Assembly: GCA_043718025.1 (NCBI GenBank)
Contig: JAYSWN010000169.1
Location: 1-50,934, forward strand
DNA length: 50,934 bases
From: Pseudomonadota bacterium
GTDB taxonomy: Bacteria; Bdellovibrionota; FAC87; UBA2466
Direction of reading: 5' to 3'
Within the stretch, counting starts at the first letter, position 1, and each line of letters opens with the position of its first letter. The translations under genes were made by a program, and so were the position numbers. Of this stretch, positions 1 to 9,771 are shown one piece after another. The notes under the pieces are model-generated. The model was not told where the DNA came from and searched no databases. It saw nothing but the letters and a program-made list of their open reading frames with translations.

Positions 1-1260
1 CTGGGCTGGCAACGTGGCCATGCCCAAATTCCTTCGGGTGATTGGGTTCTTCAGCGCCTCTAAAATCATTCTCGATGATTCGATGGCGTTGCTTCCGGCA
101 AGCGCAAAGGCGCCGGCGCGCTGAACTTCAAAGGCCACGTCTTCGCCAATCTGATCCCTTTGTTTCATCTGTTCGGTTAAAACCATCATTTCCGAAACCT
201 GATCCTGAAATTCCAATTGGTTTTTTGGTTTCTGATTATTCTCAAAAAACAAAGCGAAATCGCGAACGGTTCTATGACCCGCTTCGGCGCGCGTAATGGC
301 ACCGTGAACAAATTGCGCCTCCTTGTTCGAAATTACCTTGGCCTCGGCCAAGACATTGGTCACGGCTCTGGCGTCTTGAGGTTGGAGCGCCGCCAGTTTT
401 TCGATGGTACGCGGCCAATTGGGTGATCCATCGTCATTGGCCACAATGCGATCGTTTTCTAGTTCACGATCAAGAATTCCACGCACCATCATTTTTGAAG
501 TAGGTTCGTGGTTGGCTGCAGCATTTGTCAAAACCCCTACTGCCAGAAGCGTCTTTCGAAATTCCACCGGGTTTACGGCCGCTTTCACATCGCGAAGACT
601 TTCACCAACTACAAATTTAGACAGGGAGAGCGCCGATGAAAACAGCTTGGCCACTCCTTTGCCATCCAATTTTCTGTCCCCGAGCAGATTGAGCGACTCT
701 TTGAAAGTTTTTTGCGTCGTTCGGAACTGTTGTTTTCCTTCCGGGGTGAGGCGAACTAGCGTGATCGTCTGACGGGCCAAGATTTTAAGGGCTTTCACTT
801 CGGGGATTAATTTCCAACGTTCCGACACCTTTTTCTCAATCGCGCTGGCAAGCCCAAGCCAGGCGCGCACTCTTTCGCCTTTTTGCGCTTGAGCGACATC
901 ACCGATGGCCGCTTGAATTTGATCATCGGTCGCCATTTCCAGCACGGCGGTAAGAATGGCAATCTCTTTTGGCGAAAGGTTTTTTTCAATCATTTGGTCA
1001 AGGGCTTGTTGAATCAGACGAATGCCCTCGGCCTGTTTCAACCGCACAATTTCGCGAAGACGCTCTTCCACCTGCTGCGCGGTCTCCATGGCAATAGACT
1101 GTAAAATGCTCTCGAGGGTGATCGGCGGTTGGGCCGACACAAATTTATAAGCTTGATTAGCGGATGCTTTGTAACGGTTCACGTGCCTGGGAACTTCTGC
1201 GTGCGTTGAATAGGTAGTGAAACCAATAAGAATTAAGAAAAAGACGCGTTGATACCCCAT
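1..1260 (-). CDS. Secreted alpha-helical hypothetical protein, truncated by the left edge (at least 420 aa)
   Basis: Not in the ORF track. Hand translation from ATG at 1260 is open to position 1: MGYQRVFFLILIGFTTYSTHA-EVPRHVNRYK... Sec-type signal peptide, GGGGG RBS upstream, no family motif recognised. Confidence 0.8.
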   Translation of the reverse strand, partial: MGYQRVFFLILIGFTTYSTHAEVPRHVNRYKASANQAYKFVSAQPPITLESILQSIAMETAQQVEERLREIVRLKQAEGIRLIQQALDQMIEKNLSPKEIAILTAVLEMATDDQIQAAIGDVAQAQKGERVRAWLGLASAIEKKVSERWKLIPEVKALKILARQTITLVRLTPEGKQQFRTTQKTFKESLNLLGDRKLDGKGVAKLFSSALSLSKFVVGESLRDVKAAVNPVEFRKTLLAVGVLTNAAANHEPTSKMMVRGILDRELENDRIVANDDGSPNWPRTIEKLAALQPQDARAVTNVLAEAKVISNKEAQFVHGAITRAEAGHRTVRDFALFFENNQKPKNQLEFQDQVSEMMVLTEQMKQRDQIGEDVAFEVQRAGAFALAGSNAIESSRMILEALKNPITRRNLGMATLPAQ

Positions 1261-1284
1261 ACCGGCCCCCAGGAGCGCATAAGA

Positions 1285-1300
1285 TGCAAGGCCGGGGCCC
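1285..1300 (-). promoter_or_regulatory. Putative sigma54 (-24/-12) promoter for the 1..1260 gene
   Basis: Minus strand GGGCCCCGGCCTTGCA has GG-N10-GC spacing with TTGCA at -12, 24 nt upstream of the ATG. Confidence 0.55.
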
Positions 1301-1489
1301 CGAAATTCCTCAATGGTTGCAAGGCGCTCAACCCGTAAACTGCCTCACTTTCGAGCCCCTTGTCCGATCTTTTTGCAGCCCAAAAAAAACACAGTAAACA
1401 TCTAATATTAAAGCGTTAATTGACGCACCCATTGCTTCCCCCTAAGAAAATGTGTTACTCCACGCCCTCTTTAAAAAAAGGACGAACCG

Positions 1490-3139
1490 GTGATTTTTTT
1501 TTGTGCCTTAGCGCTTATCGTCTTTGGCTCGCAAAACGTTTTGGCCGACCCCCCAAAACTGCTGACGCGAGCTGAGATTGAGCAAAATATCCGCGCCCAC
1601 GCTCCCATTCCCGAACTGGGCGTGGAGCTATTTGCCCTTTTGGTAAGAGAGAGCGAGCCCGCTACGTTGACAGCTGCGCCCGCCGCAGCGGCTGCAAATA
1701 ATCTGGTTCCTGTCCTCTCGGCGCCATCGACGGGTCTGGCCATTCAGCAAAGACTCTCGGTCATCCTTTCCACCGGCGACCGGGCGACTGACCAAGCGTT
1801 AGAAACACTCCGCAAACGCACTCTGCAAATCGCCATGCAGGCCGCTTTACACTTCAAATTTCAATCCGACATCGCCCAACCCGACGCCGATCGTGATTAC
1901 AAAAGGGGCATTGAAATGCTCAAAGTCGTGGTGGGAAAAGGGGCCGACGGCGTCTTTGACGCTTTAAACCAAGCCTACCTCTTCGAATGGGGAAAAGTTC
2001 AGTACGAGAATGAACTCAAACTTAAATTGCGGGCCCTGCTCACGCGCGGGCTCGCTTCACCCGATGCGAATGCCCGCCTTGGTTACTTACACGCGGGCTT
2101 ACGCCTTTTGCCGGTGGAATCGCGAACTGACTTTTGGCAACTTGGACTTGCTGGCGAATCACAAGATCCAAAAAAAGCTCGCATGCGCGAATTCATAGGC
2201 GTGCGCGATAAAGTGCAAACCGAAATTTACCTAGAATTTCTTCCGCTCTACCTAAGCCAAGCCCACTCAACCCAAGGAGCGGGCGTGATGAAGCTAATCG
2301 CCGGCACTCAGCTGCGCGACACGCTCGTTGTGGCCGAAGTGCTGAACTGGAAATTTAAGCAGATAGACAATCCAACCGAACTTGCCGCCGCGGTGTGGGG
2401 CGAGCTGCAAGACGCCGCCTACTCGCGCTTTAATCGCAGCGGAAAACTAAGTGATCCTCAAGCCAATCCACTCGAAGCCTTTAAGAACGAAGGCACTCCC
2501 GATGCGCCCGATGTTGAAGAAAACTTTTTTTCCGACGTTCTGACGGCTGCCCTCGCGGTTGCGGAAACTAAACTCAATGGCCAGACCGAGATCTTTCTTG
2601 GGGCTCTGTTTCAACATTTAGTCCAAGCTACGGACTCGCCAATCTACGCCTTTGTGCTCGAAACCCTGCTTTTTCACATTGATAAAAAATTTAATGAAGA
2701 GGGAACGGCCGCAGCGCTTGTGATCGAACACATTCAGCCGTTTTTAACCCAACTTGACTCTTTTCTCGGGCCAGAAACAGTTGGTTTACAAAAACGAGAG
2801 TGGCGATTGGCGCTGCAGGAAAAAACTCGCTACGTCCTCGAAGAGGCCATCCTACGCAAGTTAGGTTGGTTTCCGCCCACGCCCGCCATCATTAGCGAAG
2901 CAATGACTTTACTGCGTGGCGAACTGGCCACGGGCCCAACCATACCGTTGAGCCATACCGGTCGCGCCGCCTTTAGGCTTTTAACCGACACCCCCGAACT
3001 GTTTTTGCCTGAGGTGCTCAGCGGTACCCGGTTAAACCCCCACGCGGTATTGGGCAATGACACTACGGCGGCCAATTACGAAGCCTGCGTTCATCTCCTC
3101 CTAGATCTCTACGAAAATTTACCGCCAAAAGAAAACTGA
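1490..3139 (+). CDS. Secreted alpha-helical hypothetical protein (549 aa)
   Basis: GTG start with AAGGA upstream. Signal peptide MIFFCALALIVFGSQNVLA; Leu/Ala-rich helical composition; the only mature Cys is in C-terminal EACVHLL. Confidence 0.8.
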   Translation: MIFFCALALIVFGSQNVLADPPKLLTRAEIEQNIRAHAPIPELGVELFALLVRESEPATLTAAPAAAAANNLVPVLSAPSTGLAIQQRLSVILSTGDRATDQALETLRKRTLQIAMQAALHFKFQSDIAQPDADRDYKRGIEMLKVVVGKGADGVFDALNQAYLFEWGKVQYENELKLKLRALLTRGLASPDANARLGYLHAGLRLLPVESRTDFWQLGLAGESQDPKKARMREFIGVRDKVQTEIYLEFLPLYLSQAHSTQGAGVMKLIAGTQLRDTLVVAEVLNWKFKQIDNPTELAAAVWGELQDAAYSRFNRSGKLSDPQANPLEAFKNEGTPDAPDVEENFFSDVLTAALAVAETKLNGQTEIFLGALFQHLVQATDSPIYAFVLETLLFHIDKKFNEEGTAAALVIEHIQPFLTQLDSFLGPETVGLQKREWRLALQEKTRYVLEEAILRKLGWFPPTPAIISEAMTLLRGELATGPTIPLSHTGRAAFRLLTDTPELFLPEVLSGTRLNPHAVLGNDTTAANYEACVHLLLDLYENLPPKEN

Positions 3140-3144
3140 ACCCT

Positions 3145-3969
3145 TCACGCGGTGGCGATTAACAGGGGGGACCCTTTTCGCCGCAGATATTCAAAGCTAA
3201 GGCCCAAGGCCACGTAGCCTATGGGAAATAGCACCACATCCCAAAAAATAATTTGGGCCAACGCGGGAAACAGCGTGGTCACCGAGGCCGGCGTAAGAAT
3301 GGCGCGAACGGTCTGCAAGGTGATGGTAAACGGGGAAAGAAGGCTAAGCCCGGTGTGTAACCAGGCGGGTAAAACGTCTAACGGAAAATAGGCCCCCGCA
3401 AAGATCGCCGCGAGTGAACTCACGTGGTCAATGGCAGAATTTCCCCTCCCCAAGCGCACTAAGAGCGCGGCCGCAACCAGGCCTAGCCCCACAAAGGCCG
3501 GAGCCGCCAGCGCCAAAACACTCACCGCGCCAAACAGACGAAAAAAAGAAAGCCCGGACAAAAAATCGGGAAAGAGAAGTGCCGCCACTAAAAAGGTGGC
3601 CAGCGATCGCGCACATTCACGTGGCAAAAGCGCCAGCCCCGCCATGAGAAACGGGTTTTGCACCCGGGTGGGCTCGATAAGAAACAGATCCATCGTCCCG
3701 TTTGCCGCGGCCTCGCGTACGGCGCGCCCCACCCCGATAAAAAGCGCCAAAGGCGCCACCAGAAAAATGTCACCGATAAGAACAAAGGTAAAATAATTGC
3801 CGCCAAAACCGTTGGCACTCCCCTGAAAACCTTTGGCCAAGGCCAATGCCGTAAAGCGGTAAACCAACACCGTAATGACCACCGTCAGGGCCGCATTGAA
3901 TACGCCGAATAAGGTGGGACACTGGTCACGAAACTCTTTGCGTACCAAGTAAAGAAAAGCGTTTTTCAC
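3145..3969 (-). CDS. ABC-2 type transporter permease
   Basis: About 6 hydrophobic segments, VREAAANGTMDLFLIEP and FAGAYFPLDVLPAWL motifs, 4-nt overlap with the upstream ATPase. Confidence 0.8.
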   Translation of the reverse strand: MKNAFLYLVRKEFRDQCPTLFGVFNAALTVVITVLVYRFTALALAKGFQGSANGFGGNYFTFVLIGDIFLVAPLALFIGVGRAVREAAANGTMDLFLIEPTRVQNPFLMAGLALLPRECARSLATFLVAALLFPDFLSGLSFFRLFGAVSVLALAAPAFVGLGLVAAALLVRLGRGNSAIDHVSSLAAIFAGAYFPLDVLPAWLHTGLSLLSPFTITLQTVRAILTPASVTTLFPALAQIIFWDVVLFPIGYVALGLSFEYLRRKGSPLLIATA

Positions 3970-4607
3970 GCGGCATTTCCCCGGCCTAAAACAATTTCGT
4001 GGCTCGCCGGAAAGGTTTCGGGCGAGTGGGTCGAGAAAAAAACCAATCGTGACTCTGAGGTTTCTTTAAGCATTCGGCGCAAAGCCGCGGCGGTTTCTGT
4101 ATCCAGACTTCGGGTGGGTTCATCCAAGAAAAGAACCTGGGGTTCACTCAGTAACGCCCTGACCAAATGAAGCGACTGCTTCATCCCTGATGAGCATAGG
4201 TAGTAAGGCGTCGCCATCGCCAACCGCACTGGTTCAAAACTAAGCCACGGGGCAATCTTACGGCGGACCTCTTTTGCACTAAATTTTCTTAATGCTCCAA
4301 AAAAGCCGAGATTCTCTTCCCCATTGAGACGGGGAAAAAAACCGCCGTCCATGGCCGGCACCCAGCCGATCAGCTCTTTCACCGCCCGCAAATCGCGCTT
4401 AACCGATCGATCGCCAATCCAAGCGTCACCTTCGGACGGCAGCGTCAGGGTGGTTAAACAGCGCAGCATAGTGGTTTTGCCCGAGCCATTGGGGCCACGC
4501 AAAGCCACCGACTCGCCAACGCGGGCTTCCAGAGAGATGCCGCGAAAGATTAACTTGTCGCCAAAACACATCCCGAGATTTTCGATACGAAGAATGGGTT
4601 TGGCCAT
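3966..4607 (-). CDS. ABC transporter ATP-binding protein
   Basis: Walker A GPNGSGKTT, signature CSSGMKQ, Walker B LFLDEPT, H-loop STH. Confidence 0.92.
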   Translation of the reverse strand: MAKPILRIENLGMCFGDKLIFRGISLEARVGESVALRGPNGSGKTTMLRCLTTLTLPSEGDAWIGDRSVKRDLRAVKELIGWVPAMDGGFFPRLNGEENLGFFGALRKFSAKEVRRKIAPWLSFEPVRLAMATPYYLCSSGMKQSLHLVRALLSEPQVLFLDEPTRSLDTETAAALRRMLKETSESRLVFFSTHSPETFPASHEIVLGRGNAA

Positions 4608-4652
4608 ATGTGAAAAAGGGTATCACAATCGGCGGGTTTATTTCTAAACCGT

Positions 4653-5222
4653 CTAACCGAGGCGGTAGGTGCGCGCTAAATCAACGTAGTGATCGGCGCT
4701 CCATTTCAAATAGGCTCTCTCTTCTTCGCTGATCGGCCCCACCACTTTGGCCGGGCGGCCAAACGCTTTCATGCCAGAGGGGATTTTGTTATTTCCGGTC
4801 ACGAGACTGCCGGCGCCAAGCAAAACGAAATCACCAATTTCGGCGCCGTCCAAAATTGTACTGCCCATGCCAATCAACGAAAAGTCTCCCACCGTGCACG
4901 CGTGAAGAATGACCGAGTGGCCTACGGTCACATTGCTACCAATAATTGCCGGGTTGCCCTCGTAGGTGACGTGAATCAACGACAACTCTTGAATGTTAGT
5001 GCGCTCGCCAATGCGAATGAAATTTACGTCGCCCCTCATCACCGCGTTAAACCAAACGTTAGATTCTTTGCCGATCGTCACATCGCCATAGATACGCACG
5101 CCATCGGCCACCATAACCGAAGGGTGTAGCTGCGGTTTTTTAAACCGATGCGGGTATTTGGATTGCAGTCTCGCCAATTCTTCGGGCGACAATTGGGTTG
5201 ATAACTCTCGGGGCTCCGACAT
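4653..5222 (-). CDS. Gamma carbonic anhydrase family (YrdA/PaaY-like) hexapeptide-repeat protein
   Basis: GDVTIG, VWFNAVMRGD, IGERTNIQ, IH, VTVGHSVILHACTV carry the three Zn-ligand His. ATG at 5222 preferred over TTG at 5264. Confidence 0.88.
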   Translation of the reverse strand: MSEPRELSTQLSPEELARLQSKYPHRFKKPQLHPSVMVADGVRIYGDVTIGKESNVWFNAVMRGDVNFIRIGERTNIQELSLIHVTYEGNPAIIGSNVTVGHSVILHACTVGDFSLIGMGSTILDGAEIGDFVLLGAGSLVTGNNKIPSGMKAFGRPAKVVGPISEEERAYLKWSADHYVDLARTYRLG

Positions 5223-6534
5223 AAAAACCTCGCAACGCCGAAACGTTTCCGGCGGTAATTTCAACGTCGATCACTTTACCTAACGTGGCGTGACCGGCGT
5301 TTTCAACGTGAACCAATTTATTATGGGGACTTCGGCCGGTGTAGCACAGCCCTTTTTTATCCATCGATTCGATAAGCACTTTTTGTACTTTACCCACCTG
5401 CGCCACGTTCTCTTCTTCGATGTATTCAAAAGCGCTGTCTTGCAATTTTTTAAGCCGCTCTTCTTTGACCAATTCGGGGACGTCGTCACCTAAAGCAAAG
5501 GCCTTAGTTCCGGGGCGTGGTGAGTACTTAAACAGAAAAGTTCCCGAGAATTTCACATCCTCAATCAGTTCCAGAGTCTCTTCAAACTCAGCTTCGGTTT
5601 CACCCGGAAAGCCAACGATCGCATCCGTAGAAAGTGCAATTTCGGGACACGCCTCGCGAAGCGCCGCCACTTTAACCAGATACTCTTCTTTGGTGTACAA
5701 ACGCGACATGCGTTTCAATACGGCATTGTTGCCGCTCTGAAACGGCAGGTGCAACGCCGGCAGCAACTTTGGCAGTTTCCCAAACTGGGCAATCAGGTCC
5801 ATGCCCAAATCACGCGGGTGCGAAGTCACGTAACGAATTCGCTCGAGCCCTTCCACGGCGTGCGCCTCTTCAATTAACTTGGCTAAATTTTCGGGGGTAC
5901 CTTTTCCGTACGTATTAATGTTCTGCCCAAGAAAAGTGACCTCTTTGGTTCCCCTCTCCACCAACCGGCGCACATCATCTACAATTTCAGCAATCGTACG
6001 ACTTTTTTCTCGCCCCCGAACAAACGGCACAATGCAGTAAGTGCAAAAGTGGTCGCACCCTTTCATAATCGTTAAAAACTCGGCGGGCTTGGCGCGGTGA
6101 ATGACCGCGGGCTGGGTGTAGCTGCGGCCCGACTCATCTAACTTCGAAGCCACGCTGCGTTTGCCCTTAAGCAACGCTTGATTCACCAACTCACCAATTT
6201 GATCCACTTGATCGGGGCCCAACACTAAATCCAGATGCGGTACGCGCTGCAATAAATTGCGGCCCATGCGCTGCCCCACGCAACCGGTAATGCCCAGCAC
6301 TCGATTGGGAAACTCTTCTTTTAGGGGCCTAAGCTGGCCAAGCAAGCTCAACACTTTGTGTTCAGCTTTGTCGCGGATGCTGCATGTGTTGATCAAGATC
6401 ACATCGGCGCGCCGAAGTTCGGGCTCCACCGTAAACCCTTGCTGTTCCAGCAGAGACTGCATGCGGTTGGAGTCATAGACGTTCATCTGACATCCAAAAG
6501 TCTTAATGTGAATAGACCTAGGCTGGGTTGGCAT
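5140..6534 (-). CDS. miaB: tRNA-2-methylthio-N6-dimethylallyladenosine synthase MiaB
   Basis: TFGCQMNVYDS, INTCSIRDKAEHK, radical-SAM CDHFCTYC, VPFVRGREKSR, IVGFPGETE and a C-terminal TRAM domain. Start at 6534 supported by the promoter. Confidence 0.95.
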   Translation of the reverse strand: MPTQPRSIHIKTFGCQMNVYDSNRMQSLLEQQGFTVEPELRRADVILINTCSIRDKAEHKVLSLLGQLRPLKEEFPNRVLGITGCVGQRMGRNLLQRVPHLDLVLGPDQVDQIGELVNQALLKGKRSVASKLDESGRSYTQPAVIHRAKPAEFLTIMKGCDHFCTYCIVPFVRGREKSRTIAEIVDDVRRLVERGTKEVTFLGQNINTYGKGTPENLAKLIEEAHAVEGLERIRYVTSHPRDLGMDLIAQFGKLPKLLPALHLPFQSGNNAVLKRMSRLYTKEEYLVKVAALREACPEIALSTDAIVGFPGETEAEFEETLELIEDVKFSGTFLFKYSPRPGTKAFALGDDVPELVKEERLKKLQDSAFEYIEEENVAQVGKVQKVLIESMDKKGLCYTGRSPHNKLVHVENAGHATLGKVIDVEITAGNVSALRGFYVGAPRVINPIVARRIGETAIQIPASV

Positions 6535-6541
6535 GCCGCGC

Positions 6542-6570
6542 AGTTTAGGCACGATTGGCGGTGGGCACAA
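6542..6570 (-). promoter_or_regulatory. Putative sigma70 promoter of miaB (probably leaderless mRNA)
   Basis: TTGTGC-N17-TAAACT, then 7 nt to the ATG, no SD. Confidence 0.5.
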
Positions 6571-6583
6571 CCATTTTCCCACC

Positions 6584-6612
6584 TTGGCGGAGGCAAACCT
6601 CGTTGGTACCCT
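6584..6612 (+). promoter_or_regulatory. Putative sigma70 promoter of the DegT-trmL operon
   Basis: TTGGCG-N17-TACCCT, followed by GAGGG RBS before ATG 6634. Confidence 0.4.
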
Positions 6613-6633
6613 TTTCACCAACCCGAGGGATTC

Positions 6634-7743
6634 ATGATCAAAGTTCCGCTCTTTGCACCGAAACGACAAAATGAAGCTTTAATGGCGGAACTAAAAGACA
6701 AAATCCACTCGGTTTTGACCTCCGGAGAGTACATTCTGGGGCCCGAGGTCGAGGCCCTAGAAAAATCGTTGGGCCGCATGCTGGGCTACGATCACGTCGT
6801 CGGCTGCGCCAGCGGAACTGAAGCGCTCATCCTGTCCCTCAAAGCGGTGGGGGTTAGCGCCGAAGATGAGGTGATCACCCCGGCCTTTTCGTTCGTAGCG
6901 AGTGCCAACGTCATCCCCTGGGTAGGCGCCAAACCGGTCTTCGCCGACGTTTCACCCGACACCGCGTGTGTCACCGCCGAATCGGTTTACCGGGTGCTTA
7001 CCCCCAAGACCAAAGCCATTATTGCCGTCGACCTTTTCGGACGCCAGGCCCCTATCGCCGAACTTCGCAAACTTGCCGACGCGCACGGAGTTTATTTGAT
7101 TGAAGATGGCGCGCAGTCGATTGGCGTGCCCAAACAAGGGGCCCACCTTTACACCACCAGCTTTTATCCCACTAAAAATCTCGGTGGCATCGGCGATGGC
7201 GGGGCGGTATTTAGCGACCATGGCGAACTGGCCAACCGGGTGCGCGAAATGAGCCGCCACGGGGGAATGATTCGCGATCATTACCTTAGGCCCGGTACCA
7301 CCGGTCGCCTCGATGCGATTCAAGCGGCCATCCTTAATGTGAAGTTGCCCAAGCTCGAACTGTGGTTGGCGCAACGCCGTACCGTCGCCGCTTGGTACTC
7401 CCGCCATTTGGGTGCGTACGAAGCCGCCGGTGGCATTACCCTTCCCTACGTAAAAGAAGAGGACGCACAAAAACATGTGTGGGCACTCTACTCCCCGCGA
7501 TTCCGGCAACGGGCCATGGTGCTCGAACGGCTGCGCAGTAAAGGCATTGCCTGCGCCGTCTATTACCCCAAAGCCATTCCCGATCAGCCAGCGTATTCGA
7601 ATAAAGCCAAGGGCGAATGGACCGAAGCCCGCAAGTGGGCCGACGAGGTTTTGAGCCTGCCCCTGTTCCCTGAATTAACGGCGCGCGAATTTGAAGTTGT
7701 GGTAAAAAGCGTCGCTGAATGCCTGACACGACCTTCCACATAG
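6634..7743 (+). CDS. DegT/DnrJ/EryC1/StrS family PLP-dependent sugar aminotransferase
   Basis: YILGPEV, ASGTEAL, TPAFSFVAS, IEDGAQSIG, SFYPTKNLGGIGDGG (PLP lysine), RLDAIQAAIL, LSLPLFP. Confidence 0.93.
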   Translation: MIKVPLFAPKRQNEALMAELKDKIHSVLTSGEYILGPEVEALEKSLGRMLGYDHVVGCASGTEALILSLKAVGVSAEDEVITPAFSFVASANVIPWVGAKPVFADVSPDTACVTAESVYRVLTPKTKAIIAVDLFGRQAPIAELRKLADAHGVYLIEDGAQSIGVPKQGAHLYTTSFYPTKNLGGIGDGGAVFSDHGELANRVREMSRHGGMIRDHYLRPGTTGRLDAIQAAILNVKLPKLELWLAQRRTVAAWYSRHLGAYEAAGGITLPYVKEEDAQKHVWALYSPRFRQRAMVLERLRSKGIACAVYYPKAIPDQPAYSNKAKGEWTEARKWADEVLSLPLFPELTAREFEVVVKSVAECLTRPST

Positions 7744-8216
7744 TTCTGCATCAACCGGTAATCCCACAAAACACCGGCTCAATTGCCAGACTGTGCGCCT
7801 GCACTGGCGCCAAATTGCACCTGATTCACCCGCTGGGCTTTCGCACCGATGAAGCCTCCGTGAGGCGTGCTGGACTTGACTATTGGGACCACGTGGCGAT
7901 TTCGGAGCACGCCTCGTGGCCCGCTTTTCTGCAAAAACACCCTTCGGGGCCGTTTTTTTTCTTTAGCAAGTTTTCGGGCAAATCGTACTTCAACCAGACC
8001 CTCCCCCCCGGGGCTTTCCTAATTTTTGGCAGCGAAACTACGGGATTGCCTGATGCCCTGCATCAAGAATACAAAGAACGCTTCTTTCAGATTCCGATGC
8101 GCACGCACCTGGTGAGAAGTTTAAACCTTTCGCAGGCGGCCGCCATAGTGCTTTACGAAGGGCTACGGCAAAGCGGGTTTGAAGGAGACGGGGCCCCCAT
8201 CAACACGATCGACTAG
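7719..8216 (+). CDS. trmL: tRNA (cytidine/uridine-34 2'-O)-methyltransferase TrmL
   Basis: IPQNTGSIARLCA, LHLIHPLGF, RRAGLDYW, FGSETTGLP, IPM...RSLNLS SPOUT motifs. Confidence 0.93.
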   Translation: MPDTTFHIVLHQPVIPQNTGSIARLCACTGAKLHLIHPLGFRTDEASVRRAGLDYWDHVAISEHASWPAFLQKHPSGPFFFFSKFSGKSYFNQTLPPGAFLIFGSETTGLPDALHQEYKERFFQIPMRTHLVRSLNLSQAAAIVLYEGLRQSGFEGDGAPINTID

Positions 8217-8226
8217 GGGAATAGAA

Positions 8227-9630
8227 TTGTTTCGATTTGTCTTTCACCTTATTGCCTTCACGCTGGCCTGCGTTTTTTCGCGGCAAGGGCAAGCCACCAT
8301 CTCGTGCGCCAATCTGACGGCAGGCTACGCTCAGGCCTTTTGGCAGACCGCCGAATTCACCAGCACGGCCGCCGCCATTCCGCGCAGCATTGTGGCCGAA
8401 CGGGAATTAAAAAAACGTTACTCCACCGATGTAAATGGCCGTTACCAAGAGGGCGAGCAGGGCGTATTTTTTGGCCACGATTTGCATGGCCTGTCTTATC
8501 GCCGCATCCCTTCTCCCTTTGAACGTGCCACGGTAGTTTTGGTCCCGGGCATGGCCGAGTCGATGACTTACTACAAAGAGCTTATCTACACGCTCACCGA
8601 AGAGGGCTACACGGTTTTTATCTTCGATCCGCGCGGCCAAGGCTGGTCGGGAAATTTAGGCCGTAGCCAGCAGGTGGTTCACGTGCGCGATCACTCTGAT
8701 TACGTCGACGACCTAAAAATATTTTTGGAAACGATCGTGTTGCCCCACACCAAAGGCGACGTCACCACGTTAGGAAATTCAAATGGGGCGCTTACCGCAA
8801 TTCGCTTGGCCCAGAGAAGCCCCTTGCTCATTCCCCATTTGGTAGCGGTGGCTCCGCCGCTACGTATTTTCCCCGATCGACTGCCGCGATTCGCTTTTGG
8901 CTTGGTGTCGCGACTGCGCGCGCTAACCAACGGTTATTCGAATTTCGCGATGGGGGTGCGTGAAATCAATTTCTCTGATGAGGCGAAAAAAGCGGCCACC
9001 CGCAATGGCCGATTCAATTTGCCCGCGAAAGAACGGCTGGCCGACATCACTATTGCCCGCAGCGGTCCAAGCAACGGTTGGGTAGCTGAGGTGGTAAAGG
9101 CGGGAAACCGAGCGCTAAATGACATTGACCAGCTAACGACCCATTCTCTGCTGTTAATTCCTGAAGCCGACAGACTCGTAGTGCCCCGCGTGGGAATGCA
9201 GTTTGGCGGCCAAGCCCGAACGGTATCTCCGTTTTCGATTGCGGGCGCCGGCCACTTCGTTTTGTTTGAACGCGACTTAACCCGCAACACGGCCCTTATC
9301 GAAATCTTCCGCTTTTTAGTCAACCCAAAGGCTTTAAACATGCCCCCTGAAGGTGATGAGATCGGTAATCTGGAAGCTGCGGCGACTTTTTATTTTTCAC
9401 GTGGTGAACTGGCCTTTGCCCGTTACGCCATGGACGAAGCCATAAGGGTACACGAGGCCAAACGACTGCGTAGCCGCGAATGGAATCAACCTGAGTTTAA
9501 ATTGGCTCTGAATGAACGTGATCAGTTGATGTGGAAAAAAGTAACGGGGATGCAAGCTAGTCAGGTTGCCCTGTACAAAGCCCTAACCGAACGGCGGCTG
9601 CAAGAGATTCAGGGGCTGTACGGCAATTAA
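8227..9630 (+). CDS. Secreted alpha/beta hydrolase, lysophospholipase L2 (PldB)-like, with C-terminal helical extension
   Basis: TTG 8227 after AGGGGA. Hydrophobic leader, VPGMAES, FDPRGQGWS, DYVDDL, nucleophile GNSNG, D in EADRLV, H in GAGHFVLFE. Confidence 0.8.
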   Translation: MFRFVFHLIAFTLACVFSRQGQATISCANLTAGYAQAFWQTAEFTSTAAAIPRSIVAERELKKRYSTDVNGRYQEGEQGVFFGHDLHGLSYRRIPSPFERATVVLVPGMAESMTYYKELIYTLTEEGYTVFIFDPRGQGWSGNLGRSQQVVHVRDHSDYVDDLKIFLETIVLPHTKGDVTTLGNSNGALTAIRLAQRSPLLIPHLVAVAPPLRIFPDRLPRFAFGLVSRLRALTNGYSNFAMGVREINFSDEAKKAATRNGRFNLPAKERLADITIARSGPSNGWVAEVVKAGNRALNDIDQLTTHSLLLIPEADRLVVPRVGMQFGGQARTVSPFSIAGAGHFVLFERDLTRNTALIEIFRFLVNPKALNMPPEGDEIGNLEAAATFYFSRGELAFARYAMDEAIRVHEAKRLRSREWNQPEFKLALNERDQLMWKKVTGMQASQVALYKALTERRLQEIQGLYGN

Positions 9631-9735
9631 CCTCATTATAGGATAGGCCGCCACCCCGTCGGTCATCGCGACTCGGAGAGCGGATCGGCATTCTTCAACG
9701 AACGCATAGCGTCAACGACATTGATTTTGTCGACG

Positions 9736-9765
9736 TTGACCACGCCGAATCTTCCCCCCCATAAT
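9736..9765 (+). promoter_or_regulatory. Putative sigma70 promoter (leaderless) of the pectinacetylesterase-family gene
   Basis: TTGACC-N18-CATAAT, 6 nt before ATG 9772, no SD. Confidence 0.5.
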
Positions 9766-9771
9766 CGCGAT

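Noticed and set aside
6358..6669. Long N-terminal extensions making miaB and the DegT gene overlap head-to-head
   Set aside because: Artefact of longest-ORF calling; family-typical starts at 6534 and 6634 have their own promoters.
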